Notes under the pieces: generated by a model
What the model was told of the DNA's origin: nothing
The model's input: only the letters and a program-made list of their open reading frames with translations
The model's database searches: none
Origin: Pseudomonas aeruginosa
Lineage (GTDB): Bacteria; Pseudomonadota; Gammaproteobacteria; Pseudomonadales; Pseudomonadaceae
Direction: 5' to 3'
Assembly: GCF_001457615.1 (NCBI RefSeq)
Contig: NZ_LN831024.1
Coordinates: forward strand, 3,210,001 to 3,242,000
Length of the DNA: 32,000 nt
Translations under genes and position numbers: made by a program
Shown: positions 1-9,017 of the stretch, piece after piece
Numbering within the stretch: the first letter of the stretch is position 1
How the letters are laid out: the number at the start of each line of letters is the position of its first letter

Positions 1-219
1 GTACATCAGGCGTTGCGCGATGGTCGCGAGGAACGCCCGCGGCGAGCGGATCGACGCCGGGTCGGGGAGCATCCAGACCTGCAGGAAAGCCTCGGCGGCG
101 AGGTCTTCGGCGCTGTGGCTACAGCCGGTCTGGTAGGACAGCTTCTTGCACAGCCAGTCGTAGTTCTGCTGGAACAACTGGGCGATCAGGGTGTTCTTGA
201 TGGAGCCTTGGCTATCCAT
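1..219 (-). CDS. ECF-family RNA polymerase sigma factor (N-terminal part, truncated by window edge)
   Basis: Reverse-strand translation from ATG at 217-219: MDSQGSIKNTLIAQLFQQNYDWLCKKLSYQTGCSHSAEDLAAEAFLQVWMLPDPASIRSPRAFLATIAQRLMY. This is the sigma-70 region 2 pattern (AEDLAAEAFLQVW...PRAFLATIAQRL). Not in the ORF track because it is open to the window edge. Confidence 0.88.
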   Translation of the reverse strand, partial: MDSQGSIKNTLIAQLFQQNYDWLCKKLSYQTGCSHSAEDLAAEAFLQVWMLPDPASIRSPRAFLATIAQRLMY

Positions 220-321
220 GGTAAGCGTTCGCTGCTGGCAGGCCACGCCACGGATAGCGGTAGTGAGCCTGGAGGTTGAGGAACGGCGCCCGGGGCTGTT
301 CCCGTGGCGCACGGTAGGGAA

Positions 322-1518
322 TCAATCGAGGCGCTCCCGGCAGTCCGCCGTGCCCGCCGCCGGCCGCTGCGCGGACAGCCAGCCGCAGGCGGCGGCGCCG
401 AGGATCAGCGCGGCGCCCCACCAGGGGAGCGCGCGCACCGCCACCTGGTCCACCAGGATCGCGCCGATGAAGGCGCCCAGGGCCACGCCCAGCTGGATCG
501 CGCTGGTGTTGAGGCTGATCTGGATCGCCGCGGTGTCCGGGCTGAGTTCCACCAGGTATTTCTGGATCGCCGGCCCCGGCGCCATGTTGAACACGCACCA
601 GAACACCACCGCGCCCAGCAGCAGCGGCAGGCCGCCGGTGGCGAACGGCAGCAGGACCAGGGCCAGTGCATGCAGGAGCAGGAAGGCGACGAAGGTGGCC
701 GGCCCCGGCCAGCGGTCGGCGGCACGTCCGCCGAGCAGCGCGCCGAGGATGCCGCCGCCCCCGTAGACCAGCAGGACCAGGCTGATGGTCGGTTTGTCGA
801 GGGCCATGCTGCCGACCAGGAACGGCACGATGTAGGTGTAGACGGTGAACTGGCCGGTCATCTGCAACAGCGATGCCAGGTGGGCGAACGGCACCCGGCC
901 CCGGGCCAGCGCCCGCAGTTGCTCCGCCGGGGCGATGCCGGGCGCGCCGGGTATGGCCGGCAGCAGGCGCAGGAGCAGCGGCAGGCCGAGCAACGCGACC
1001 CCGGCGAGCAGCAGGAACAGGCTACGCCAGCCCCAGAACTCGCCGATCAGGGTGCCCAGCGGTACGCCCAGCACCAGTGAGGCGACGATGCCGGCAAACA
1101 CCAGGCCGATCGCCCGGCCGCGCCGTTCCGGTGCGACGATGGCCACCGCCAGGGTGATCGCCACCACCACAATGACCGAGGCACTGGCCGCCACCAGCAG
1201 CCGGCTCGCCAGCAACAGGGCGAAGCTCGGCGCGGCGGCGCTGGCCAGGTTGGCGCCGATGAACGCCAGCAGCGCGCCGGCCAGCAGGCGGCGGCGCTCG
1301 ATGCCGGCGCTGAGGTAGACCAGCAGCGGGCCGAGCAGCGCATAGACCAGCGCGTACAGGCTCATCAGCAACCCGGCCCGGCCCTGGCTGACGGCGAAAC
1401 TGGCGGCCAGTTCGTCGAGCACCCCGGCCACCACCAGTTCCACCGTGCCGACCACGAAGGCCAGCCCGGCCAGCAGCCAGACGCCCACCTCCGCCCTGCT
1501 CCGTTCAGTCTCGCCCAT
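322..1518 (-). CDS. MFS transporter (DHA1/AraJ-like drug-efflux type)
   Basis: 398 aa from MGETERSRAEVGVWLLAGLAFVVGTVELVVAGVLDELAASF...; about 12 hydrophobic segments; GLLMSLYALVYALLGPLLVYLSAGIERRRLL motif. Start at 1518 chosen over the longer 1710 ORF because the upstream extension is low-complexity. Confidence 0.9.
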   Translation of the reverse strand: MGETERSRAEVGVWLLAGLAFVVGTVELVVAGVLDELAASFAVSQGRAGLLMSLYALVYALLGPLLVYLSAGIERRRLLAGALLAFIGANLASAAAPSFALLLASRLLVAASASVIVVVAITLAVAIVAPERRGRAIGLVFAGIVASLVLGVPLGTLIGEFWGWRSLFLLLAGVALLGLPLLLRLLPAIPGAPGIAPAEQLRALARGRVPFAHLASLLQMTGQFTVYTYIVPFLVGSMALDKPTISLVLLVYGGGGILGALLGGRAADRWPGPATFVAFLLLHALALVLLPFATGGLPLLLGAVVFWCVFNMAPGPAIQKYLVELSPDTAAIQISLNTSAIQLGVALGAFIGAILVDQVAVRALPWWGAALILGAAACGWLSAQRPAAGTADCRERLD

Positions 1519-2788
1519 GGCTGCGTGCCTCCCCGTCGATGGCATAGCGATAGCGCCCGAGCATGACCAGCAGCCCTGCCGCCACGCCGAACGCGCCGAG
1601 CAGGACCAGCGTCGAGCCCGCGTAGGAGCCCGCGCGGTCGTAGAAGTAACCCAGCAGCCAGGACCCCAGGCTGATGGCGATGGCGAAGGTGAAGGGCTGG
1701 ATCGAGCCATAGATCACGCTGAAATGGCGCAGGCCGAAGTAGCGGCTGACGAAGTACTGGGTGGTGCCGGTCTCGCCGCCGGCGCCCAGGCCGATCAGGA
1801 ACACCGCGCCCCAGAGCAGCGCCGGCGGTCCGCCAAGGAGCAGGAGCAGCAGCCCGAGCGCCGCCAGCAGGGCGAACGGCAAGGCGATGCGCGGGGTGTC
1901 GTAGCGGTCCAGCAGGTAGCCCAGCGCCGGTTGCGAAACGATCATGCCGACCCACAGCGCCGCCAGCACGTCGGTGGCGACTTCCCGCGACAGGCCGCGC
2001 TCCTGCAACAGCGGCACGCCATGCACCATCACGCCGGTGACGGCGAACACGCCGAGGATCAGGTTGCCGACGATTAGCCAGAAGTCCGCCGAGCGCCAGG
2101 CCTGGCCTGGCGTCGCTCCGGGCAGCGCGCCGGCTGGCGGGCGCCGCGCCTGCGGCAGGTCGCCGGGCCGCTCGCGGAACAGCGCGTAGAGCAGCGGCAG
2201 CGCCAGCAGGCCTTCGAGCAGGCCATAGACGAGGAAGGTGGCACGCCAGCCGAAGGCGTCGATGCAGGCGCTGCCCAGGTACAGCGCCAGTGGCCCGCCG
2301 ACGCCGAAGCCGAGTCCGAGGATGCCGTAGGCTGCGCCGCGACGACGCTCGAACCAGCCGCCGAGAATCCGCGCATAGGGAATGTTGCCCGGCGTCAGCA
2401 GGCCGAGCAGCGCGAACAGCAGGTATAGCTGCCAGCCGCTGCGCGCCAGCGCCAGGCTGGCCAGGCACAGGGCCAGCGCGGCGGTCAGCGGCAGGACCAG
2501 GGCGCGCGCGCCCCAGCGATCCACCAGCCAGCCCTTCAGCGGGCTGCTCAGGGCTACCGCCAGGCCCAGCAGGGTCACCGGCAGTGCCGACTGGCCACGG
2601 TCCCAGTCCAGGTCGGCGGCGATCGGCTCGATGAACAGCGAAAAGCTGCTGATCACCAGCCCGGTGGGGCCGAAGATCACCCCCACTACCGAGGCCAGCA
2701 GCACCCCACAACTGGCCACGCCGAACTCGCCGACGCCAGGCGCCGCCGGCGCGACGTCCTCCATGGCCTCGCGGGCGACGCCGCTCAT
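1505..2788 (-). CDS. MFS transporter (monocarboxylate/oxalate-formate antiporter-like)
   Basis: 427 aa, MSGVAREAMEDVAPAAPGVGEFGVASCGVLLASVVGVIFGPTGLVISSFSLFIEPIAADLDWDRGQSALPVTLLGLAVALSSPLKGWLVDRWGARAL... Typical MFS topology. Embedded in the 1253-aa ORF 1505..5266, whose upstream part is an out-of-frame artefact. A start at 2764 is possible. Overlaps both neighbours. Confidence 0.88.
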   Translation of the reverse strand: MSGVAREAMEDVAPAAPGVGEFGVASCGVLLASVVGVIFGPTGLVISSFSLFIEPIAADLDWDRGQSALPVTLLGLAVALSSPLKGWLVDRWGARALVLPLTAALALCLASLALARSGWQLYLLFALLGLLTPGNIPYARILGGWFERRRGAAYGILGLGFGVGGPLALYLGSACIDAFGWRATFLVYGLLEGLLALPLLYALFRERPGDLPQARRPPAGALPGATPGQAWRSADFWLIVGNLILGVFAVTGVMVHGVPLLQERGLSREVATDVLAALWVGMIVSQPALGYLLDRYDTPRIALPFALLAALGLLLLLLGGPPALLWGAVFLIGLGAGGETGTTQYFVSRYFGLRHFSVIYGSIQPFTFAIAISLGSWLLGYFYDRAGSYAGSTLVLLGAFGVAAGLLVMLGRYRYAIDGEARSHGRD

Positions 2789-3864
2789 GCGTCGCGCCTC
2801 AGGCGCTCGATCAGTTGGCGGCGCAAGCGGATGTCCTCGGCGTTCTCGGTGGTGGCCTCGAGCTGGACGATCTCGATGCCGGCGCGATGAAAGGCCAGGA
2901 TCTGTTCCGCCACCTCGCCGACGCTGCCCACCAGCACCCCGGCGAAGCTGCGCTGCACGGTATTCGCCACCCATTCGCGCAAGGCCTCCGGCGCCAGCCG
3001 GGCGAGCCGGTCGCGCTCGCCGTCGCGGGCGACCTGCGGCGATGCCGCCAGTTCGTCGAGGGGCCGTGCCAGAAGCAGTTCGAAAGCGGCCTGGCGGTAG
3101 TGCTCGGCGATGTCCAGGGCCGCCGCCGGACTGTCGCCGAGGATCACCTGGAAGTGCTTCCAGAACTTCAGCCGCCGTCCCTGCTCCGCCGCCTCCTCGT
3201 TCAGCCTGCGCTTGAGCTCCGCGGTCTGCGTGGGGCTGGCGAAGTGGCCGGCGTAGACGTCGGCGAAGCGCACCGCCAGGCGTTGTGCCTGCGCCGAGGA
3301 GCCGCCAACGGATAGCGGCGGGCGCGGCCGCTGGATCGGCAGGAAGCCGCTGCCGGCGTCCTCCAGCCGGTAGAACTCGCCGTGGTAGTCGAAGGGTTCG
3401 CGGCTTTCCAGGGCGCGGGTGAAGACCTCCAGGTACTCCACGGCGCGCCGGTAGCGTTCGTCCTTGTCGGCGAAGTCGCCGTCGCGGCGCACGTCGGCGT
3501 CGCTGGAGCCGATCACCAGGTGTACGCCGGCGCGCCCGTTGGACAGGCCGTCGAGAGTGGCCAGGGCGCGCGCGGCAACGGTCGGCTGGGCGCTCCCCGG
3601 TCGGTGCGCGACGGTGGCGCGCAGGCGCGGCGCCGCGGCCAAAGCCCAGCCGGCGACCAGCCAGGGGTCGGGCCAGGCAGCGGAAACGGTGAACAGCGCG
3701 CCGTCGAGGCCGTCCGCCTCTTCCAGGCGGGCCTTCTGCTGGATGTCGAAGGCGCTCACCGCGCGACTGCGGGTGTCCGGCAGGAAACGCGCGGCCTGGC
3801 GGGCGAAGGCACTGTCGCCGATGACCGCGGAGGCGCGCACGCCGCCGCGCAGTTCGATGCTCAT
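2785..3864 (-). CDS. LLM-class flavin-dependent monooxygenase (alkanesulfonate monooxygenase SsuD-like)
   Basis: 359 aa with ARALATLDGLSNGRAGVHLVIGSSDADVRRDGDFADKDERYRRAVEYLEVFTRAL...FDYHGEFYRLEDAGSGFLPIQRPRPPLSVGGSS, characteristic of the SsuD/bacterial luciferase-like family. ATGA overlap with the downstream MFS gene. Confidence 0.9.
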   Translation of the reverse strand: MSIELRGGVRASAVIGDSAFARQAARFLPDTRSRAVSAFDIQQKARLEEADGLDGALFTVSAAWPDPWLVAGWALAAAPRLRATVAHRPGSAQPTVAARALATLDGLSNGRAGVHLVIGSSDADVRRDGDFADKDERYRRAVEYLEVFTRALESREPFDYHGEFYRLEDAGSGFLPIQRPRPPLSVGGSSAQAQRLAVRFADVYAGHFASPTQTAELKRRLNEEAAEQGRRLKFWKHFQVILGDSPAAALDIAEHYRQAAFELLLARPLDELAASPQVARDGERDRLARLAPEALREWVANTVQRSFAGVLVGSVGEVAEQILAFHRAGIEIVQLEATTENAEDIRLRRQLIERLRRDA

Positions 3865-3876
3865 GGTTCGTCCTCC

Positions 3877-6528
3877 TTAGAAGGTGTAGGCCGCGCCGAG
3901 GTAGTAGAAGGCGCCGTTGAAGCTGATCTGCGAGGCATAGGTGTCGTACTGGTTGAAGCCGAGGTAGGCGCTCTCGGCCGGCAGCTTGTCGGGCTTCACG
4001 TCGAACAGATTGTTGGCCCCGGCGCTCAGGGTCAGGTTGCGGCTCGCCGCATAGCGCAGGGCAACGTCGGTGATGTACTTGGGCGAATTCTCGAAGCGGT
4101 TGAAGACCGTGGTCGAATAGGCGTGCTCGCCGGTGTAGTAGTCCAGTTCGGAAACCGTCTTGCTGTAGCGCGTTTCGCGCAGGGTCAGGCCCCAGCGCCG
4201 GTAGCTCCAGTCGGCCTGCAGGCTGACCTGGCTGCGCGGCGTGGAACTGGTGATCCAGGCCTGCTGCTGGTCGTTGAGCAGCGGCTGGCCGTTGCGCCCG
4301 CGATGATTCCTGACCAGCTTCGTGCGATTGACGTTGGCGCCCAGGCGCCAGTCGATCCGGCCCCACTCGCCGAGCCGGGTCAGGTAACTGGCGGTGAGGT
4401 CGAGGCCGTGGGTACGGGTGTCGGCGCCGTTGGTCATGTAGTGGGTGCTGACCTGGGTCAGTCCGGCCGGGATGCTGATCCCGCCGGCGCGCAGCGCATC
4501 GATCGCCGGCTGTCCGGAATAGGTGGCACCGTCGACGATGCGGTCGCGGATCTCGATGCGATAGGCGTCGATGGCCAGGTTCAGGTCCGGCAAGGGATCG
4601 AGCACCAGGCCGAGGTTGTAGCTGATCGACTTTTCCGGCTCCAGGTCCTCGGCGCCGAGCAGCCTGGCCGCCGGCGAGTTGACCGCCAGCAGGCCGCTGG
4701 CGATGGTCGGCGAGACACCCAGGCTGGTGTAGTTCTCCTGGGCCAGCGACGGTGCGCGGAAGCCGCTGCTGAGACTGGCCCGCGCCGATACCTCGGGGCT
4801 GAAGCGGTAGCGGCTGGCGAGCTTGCCGTTGGTGGTGCTGCCGAAGTCGCTGTAGTGCTCGTAGCGCGCCGCCGTCTCCAGTTGCCAGCGCTCGTCGAGG
4901 GCGGTGGACAGGTCGAGATAGGCGCCGAGCACGTCGCGGCTCCACTGTCCGGCGGTGGCCGGCGCCTGCCCGGGGAGCGCCTTGGAACCGCCGTTGTAGT
5001 AGGACCAGGGATCGCCGGCCTCGACCTCGTAGAGCTCGCGGCGCTGCTCCAGGCCCCAGGAGAAATTCAGCGGCGCCGGCAGCCAGGCGAGGTCGAAGTC
5101 GCGGCGCAGGTCGAGATTGTTGGTCCACTGGGTGGCCTTGTAGCGCGCCAGGTCGAAGGAGCGCGGCGAATCGCCGGTCTCGCCGTAGAGGGCGAGGTTG
5201 ATCGAATGGTCCATGCCGATCTCCGGGCGGTCGGCGCCGTAGGTCGAGCTGAGGTCCCAGTCCCAAGCGCCGAACAGCTCGCCGCCACGGGCGCCGAGGG
5301 TCAGCGAATAGTCGTCCTCGTCGCTGGTGATGCGCGGGGTGAAGCCGTTCGGATAGAGTCGCGGCGCCAGGGACGGCAACTGGTAGATCTGCGCCGAGGA
5401 CACCGAGCGATGGGTATAGGTGGCGAAGCTGTACAGCTCGACGTTGTCGTCCAGCGCCACGCCGGCGTTGTAGGCCAGCGCCTGGCGGTGCAGCGAAGGG
5501 TCGCCGATGGACGGGTTGCCGTAGTGCCCGGTACGCTGGTCGATGCCGGCGCGGATGGTCCGCGCCTGTTCGCGGAACTGCGCGCTGAGGTTGAGGAAAC
5601 CGCTCTCGCCGAAACGCAGGCCGCCATTCACCCCGCCGTTCTGGGTCAGGCCGTCGCCATCGCCGTAGCGACCGTTGTCGTAGGCGAGCCGGCCGCCGTG
5701 GTCGGCCGACTTGAGGATGACGTTGATCACCCCGGCGATGGCGTCCGAGCCGTACTGCGCCGAGGCGCCGTCGCGCAGCACCTCGATGCGCTCGATGGCG
5801 GCGAGCGGGATGGTATCCAGGTCGACCCCGGTGGAGCCGCTCTGCAGCCCGCCGCTGACATTGATGTTGGCGGTCTCGTGACGGCGCTTGCCGTTCACCA
5901 GCACCAGCACGTGGTTGGGACTCAGGCCGCGCAGCGACTGCGCGTTGGTCAGCGCCGAAGCGTTGTAGGCCTGGGCCTGGCGCGACAGCGAGGGCAGCAG
6001 GCGCACCAGGGCGTCGCGCAGGTCGCCGCTGCCACTGTCGCGCAATTGCTCGGCGCTGACCACATCGATCGGTGCCAGGCTCTCGCCGGCCTTGACATCG
6101 GCCTTGCGGGTGCCGGTGACCACCACCGTGGCCAGGGTCCCGGCGGGCTTCGCCGCCGGCAGCGCGGCATCCGGCGCCGTGGCGCGTTGCAGGCTGAGCA
6201 CGCCGGCGGCGCTGCGGATGTATTCCAGGCCGCTGCCCTGCAAGGCCCGCTGCAGCGCCTGCTCGACGCTGTAGGAGCCCTGGATCGCCGGTGCCGGCAG
6301 GCCCTCCACCAGGTGCTGGTCGAAGGCGATCGGGGTGCGACTCTGGCGGACTATGCTCAGCAGTACCTGGGCCAGTTCGCCGGCCGGGATGTCGAAGCGC
6401 TGGATCTCGGCGCGGCTGGTGGCGCGGACCTCCTCTGCCGCCGACTCGCCGGGCTGGCCAAGGCAGGCCAGGCCGACCGCGCAGAGCACGGGGACGAGTC
6501 GAAGACGTGGCGAACGCGGGTTGGGCAT
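3877..6528 (-). CDS. TonB-dependent outer-membrane receptor with N-terminal STN (signalling) domain
   Basis: 883 aa from MPNPRSPRLRLVPVLCAVGLACLGQPGESAAEE (signal peptide); STN-like IQRFDIPAGELAQVLLSIVRQSRTPIAFDQHLVEGLPAPAIQGSYSVEQALQRALQGSGLEY; plug TVVVTGTRK...SLRGLSPNHVLVLVNGKRRH...[40 protein letters not shown]; C-terminal YYLGAAYTF beta strand ending in Phe. Confidence 0.95.
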   Translation of the reverse strand: MPNPRSPRLRLVPVLCAVGLACLGQPGESAAEEVRATSRAEIQRFDIPAGELAQVLLSIVRQSRTPIAFDQHLVEGLPAPAIQGSYSVEQALQRALQGSGLEYIRSAAGVLSLQRATAPDAALPAAKPAGTLATVVVTGTRKADVKAGESLAPIDVVSAEQLRDSGSGDLRDALVRLLPSLSRQAQAYNASALTNAQSLRGLSPNHVLVLVNGKRRHETANINVSGGLQSGSTGVDLDTIPLAAIERIEVLRDGASAQYGSDAIAGVINVILKSADHGGRLAYDNGRYGDGDGLTQNGGVNGGLRFGESGFLNLSAQFREQARTIRAGIDQRTGHYGNPSIGDPSLHRQALAYNAGVALDDNVELYSFATYTHRSVSSAQIYQLPSLAPRLYPNGFTPRITSDEDDYSLTLGARGGELFGAWDWDLSSTYGADRPEIGMDHSINLALYGETGDSPRSFDLARYKATQWTNNLDLRRDFDLAWLPAPLNFSWGLEQRRELYEVEAGDPWSYYNGGSKALPGQAPATAGQWSRDVLGAYLDLSTALDERWQLETAARYEHYSDFGSTTNGKLASRYRFSPEVSARASLSSGFRAPSLAQENYTSLGVSPTIASGLLAVNSPAARLLGAEDLEPEKSISYNLGLVLDPLPDLNLAIDAYRIEIRDRIVDGATYSGQPAIDALRAGGISIPAGLTQVSTHYMTNGADTRTHGLDLTASYLTRLGEWGRIDWRLGANVNRTKLVRNHRGRNGQPLLNDQQQAWITSSTPRSQVSLQADWSYRRWGLTLRETRYSKTVSELDYYTGEHAYSTTVFNRFENSPKYITDVALRYAASRNLTLSAGANNLFDVKPDKLPAESAYLGFNQYDTYASQISFNGAFYYLGAAYTF

Positions 6529-6619
6529 GGTCGGTTCATCCTTGATCGGTTGCGGATGCCACCGAGTGCAATTGCCCGTACCGATTTTCAGCCGCGCGGC
6601 AGACCGATTGCGCATAAGG

Positions 6620-7468
6620 TTATGCCTCGCCCTCCCGAGCCCGGCAGCGCCAGACACTGACCGGGATTTCGCTGACCTGTCCGTCGGCCTGCATGCGCCG
6701 CTCGGCGATCCGCCCGAGGCGGACGAAGAATTCCTCCAGGCGCGTCGCCGGCACCAGCGGTGCGAAATAGGTGCCGAAGGTGGCGGCGTGGAAATGCTGG
6801 TATTCGGCGGAGTCGGCGACACGCAGGACCGCCGGGCGGGAGACGATGGAGTCGACCCGGAAGTGTCGTTCGACGCGTTCGCGCAACGCCTCCCGGCCAC
6901 GGGTGCGGGTGCCCATCGGCAGCAGCCCGGCTTCCGCGTAGAGCGCCGCCACCCGTTCCGGCGCAGCCAGGCCCATCTCGACCAGGGCCTGGGCGACCAG
7001 GTCGTCCTCGCCGCCGAGGCCATCCTCGGCGAACGGATGGTGCGAGGTGAACAGGAATACTCCCTGCGCCTCGAGGTGCCGCGCGACCCACCGGAACAGC
7101 CGCTCTTCATCGGGATACAGCCAGTGCAGCACGGCGGTCATGCTGATCAGCTCGAAGCGTTCCGCCAGCGGCGGCAGGTCGAGCAGGTCGCCCTCCAGCA
7201 GACGCGCCTCGACGCCAGCCCCGCGCAACTGCGCGCGCGCCTGCTCCAGGCGTAGCGGCGAACGCTCGATGCCCCACAACCGTTGCAGGCCGGGCCAGCG
7301 CCGGGCGCCGCCGAGCAGCAGCGAGCCGATGCCGCAGCCGAGATCGAGCAGGCTGCGCGGCTCGATGCCGGCGCGGTCGAGCACCCAGTCCTGGTCGCGA
7401 CGTTGCAGCAGTTCGCTGGAATCCTGGTAGCCGTCCAGGCTGCGCGCCTGTTCAATGATCGCGTTCAT
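6620..7468 (-). CDS. class I SAM-dependent methyltransferase
   Basis: 282 aa with motif I LLDLGCGIGSLLL, post-motif RLWGIERSPLRLEQARAQL, EARLLEGDLLDLP, FELISMTAVLHWLYPDEERLFRWVARHLEAQGVFLFTS. Confidence 0.88.
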   Translation of the reverse strand: MNAIIEQARSLDGYQDSSELLQRRDQDWVLDRAGIEPRSLLDLGCGIGSLLLGGARRWPGLQRLWGIERSPLRLEQARAQLRGAGVEARLLEGDLLDLPPLAERFELISMTAVLHWLYPDEERLFRWVARHLEAQGVFLFTSHHPFAEDGLGGEDDLVAQALVEMGLAAPERVAALYAEAGLLPMGTRTRGREALRERVERHFRVDSIVSRPAVLRVADSAEYQHFHAATFGTYFAPLVPATRLEEFFVRLGRIAERRMQADGQVSEIPVSVWRCRAREGEA

Positions 7469-8108
7469 GTACGCCTGCTCCTTGGTTGAGGCTGTCCGCC
7501 GTGATGGTCCATACGCAGCCGTGGCCTTGCGGCTCTTCGTAGAGCCGCCAGTCGGCGCGGCAATCGCTGGCGGCGACGAACGCCGACAGCAGCTTGGTGC
7601 AATAGGTGCAGGCCGACTCCAGGGTGATCGGCACGCCTCGGGCGCGGGCGCGCTCGCGGTAGTCCCAGATCGCGCAGTGACGGTTGTGGAATACCGCGCG
7701 CCCGTCAGCCTCGGCCTGCACCTCGAAACGCGAACCGTAGAGCGCGGCCTGGCGTGCCAGGCGGTCGGCGGCGCTGGCCGGATCGCCCCGTCCCGCCGGT
7801 TCCAGCGCGCGATAGATCCGCGCGGTGGCGCGCGCCCAGTCGTCGAGCCGGTAATCCGCCGGGCGCGCGACGATGAACTGTTCGATCAGCGCCTGGGCGC
7901 GGAAGAACACCGCCTGCCAGGCTTCGGCGCGCAGGTCGTCGGTCGCCGGCAGATCGGCGAATATCCGCGCGCTGGTCGCCACCCAGTCCCCCAGGTCTTC
8001 ACGCCGATGGCGCTCGGCGACGTAGGCGGACATCGCCGCGTGCACCTCGAACACCCGCTGTCGCCAGAGCGTCGCCTGCGCCGCCGGATCGCGTTCGACG
8101 GCGCTCAT
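7452..8108 (-). CDS. conserved hypothetical protein; possible member of the L-2-amino-thiazoline-4-carboxylic acid hydrolase-like family
   Basis: 218 aa MSAVERDPAAQATLWRQRVFEVHAAMSAYVAERHRREDLGDW...AVFHNRHCAIWDYRERARARGVPITLESACTYCTKLLSAFVAASDCRADWRLYEEPQGHGCVWTITADSLNQGAGVHERDH. Family call rests on remembered C-terminal Cys-rich pattern only. Overlaps the gene on each side. Confidence 0.8.
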   Translation of the reverse strand: MSAVERDPAAQATLWRQRVFEVHAAMSAYVAERHRREDLGDWVATSARIFADLPATDDLRAEAWQAVFFRAQALIEQFIVARPADYRLDDWARATARIYRALEPAGRGDPASAADRLARQAALYGSRFEVQAEADGRAVFHNRHCAIWDYRERARARGVPITLESACTYCTKLLSAFVAASDCRADWRLYEEPQGHGCVWTITADSLNQGAGVHERDH

Positions 8109-9007
8109 CGGAGCGCCTCCCGGTGGCTGGCGAGAAACCCCAGCAGGTGCTCCAGCACGGCGTCCGGCGCGTCCTCGGGAAGCATGTGGCTGGCGCCGAT
8201 GGCGGCGCCCTCGACCTGCCCGGCCCAGGTCTTCCAGATTTCCAGCGGATGCTGCCCGGCGGCGTAGGGGCGCTCCTGCCAGAGCACCTGGACCGGGCAT
8301 TGCAGGCGCCGGCCGGCGTCGCGATCGGCCTGGTCGGCGTCGGCATCGACGCCCACCGCGGCCCGGTAGTCCTCGCACATCGCATGGCGCACGGCGGGGT
8401 CGCGGAACGCCCGGCGGTAACTTTCCAGCGCCTGCGGGTGGTAGATGTCGCGGCCCTGGGCCATGCGTCGCAGGGTGTAGTCGAGGAAGTGCTCCGGATC
8501 GGCGCCGATCAGGCGCTCCGGCAGGTCGTACGGCTGGGCGAGGAGGAACCAGTGGTAGGCGTTGAGGGCGAAGGCCTTGTTCACCGCGGCCCAGTTGTCG
8601 AGGATCGGCACCACGGTCAGCGAGACGAAGGCCGCGACCGCTTGCGGATGGTCCAGCGCCAGGCGATAGCCGACCCGCGCGCCGCGGTCGTGGCCGATCA
8701 CCGCGAAGCGTTCGAAGCCTAGCTGGCCCATCGTTTCCAGTTGGTCGCGGGCCAGCGCGGCCTTGGAATAGTCGGCGCCCTCCTCGTCCAGCGCCCGCGA
8801 TTCGCCATAGCCGCGCAGGTCGGCGAGGACCACGCTGTAGTCCTCGGCCAGGCGCGGAGCGATGCGATGCCAGGCCAGGTGGGTCTGCGGATAGCCATGC
8901 AACAGCAGCAGCGGCGGGCCGCTGCCCTTCACGGCGACGCGGAGGCGCGCGGCAGAGGTGTGCAGGGTCAGGTAGTCGAAGCCGGGCAGCAACGGATCGG
9001 TATTCAT
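8105..9007 (-). CDS. alpha/beta-fold hydrolase (epoxide hydrolase / haloacetate dehalogenase-like)
   Basis: 300 aa with oxyanion-hole LLLLHGYPQTHLAWHRIAP, DLRGYGES, nucleophile-elbow FAVIGHDRGARVGYRLALDHP, and ASHMLPEDAPDAVLEHLLGFL near the catalytic His. Confidence 0.92.
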   Translation of the reverse strand: MNTDPLLPGFDYLTLHTSAARLRVAVKGSGPPLLLLHGYPQTHLAWHRIAPRLAEDYSVVLADLRGYGESRALDEEGADYSKAALARDQLETMGQLGFERFAVIGHDRGARVGYRLALDHPQAVAAFVSLTVVPILDNWAAVNKAFALNAYHWFLLAQPYDLPERLIGADPEHFLDYTLRRMAQGRDIYHPQALESYRRAFRDPAVRHAMCEDYRAAVGVDADADQADRDAGRRLQCPVQVLWQERPYAAGQHPLEIWKTWAGQVEGAAIGASHMLPEDAPDAVLEHLLGFLASHREALR

Positions 9008-9017
9008 GGGCGGCGCC

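Noticed and set aside
2789-5266. Upstream part of the 1253-aa minus ORF 1505..5266
   Set aside because: Only 1505-2788 is a real gene (MFS). The rest is out of frame relative to the monooxygenase and receptor genes and is Arg/Gly/Pro-rich.
3382-6660. 1092-aa plus-strand ORF antisense to the TonB receptor
   Set aside because: Shadow ORF caused by high GC and codon-position bias. It is Gly/Ala/Val/Gln-rich low-complexity with no domain motifs, while the opposite strand encodes a complete receptor.
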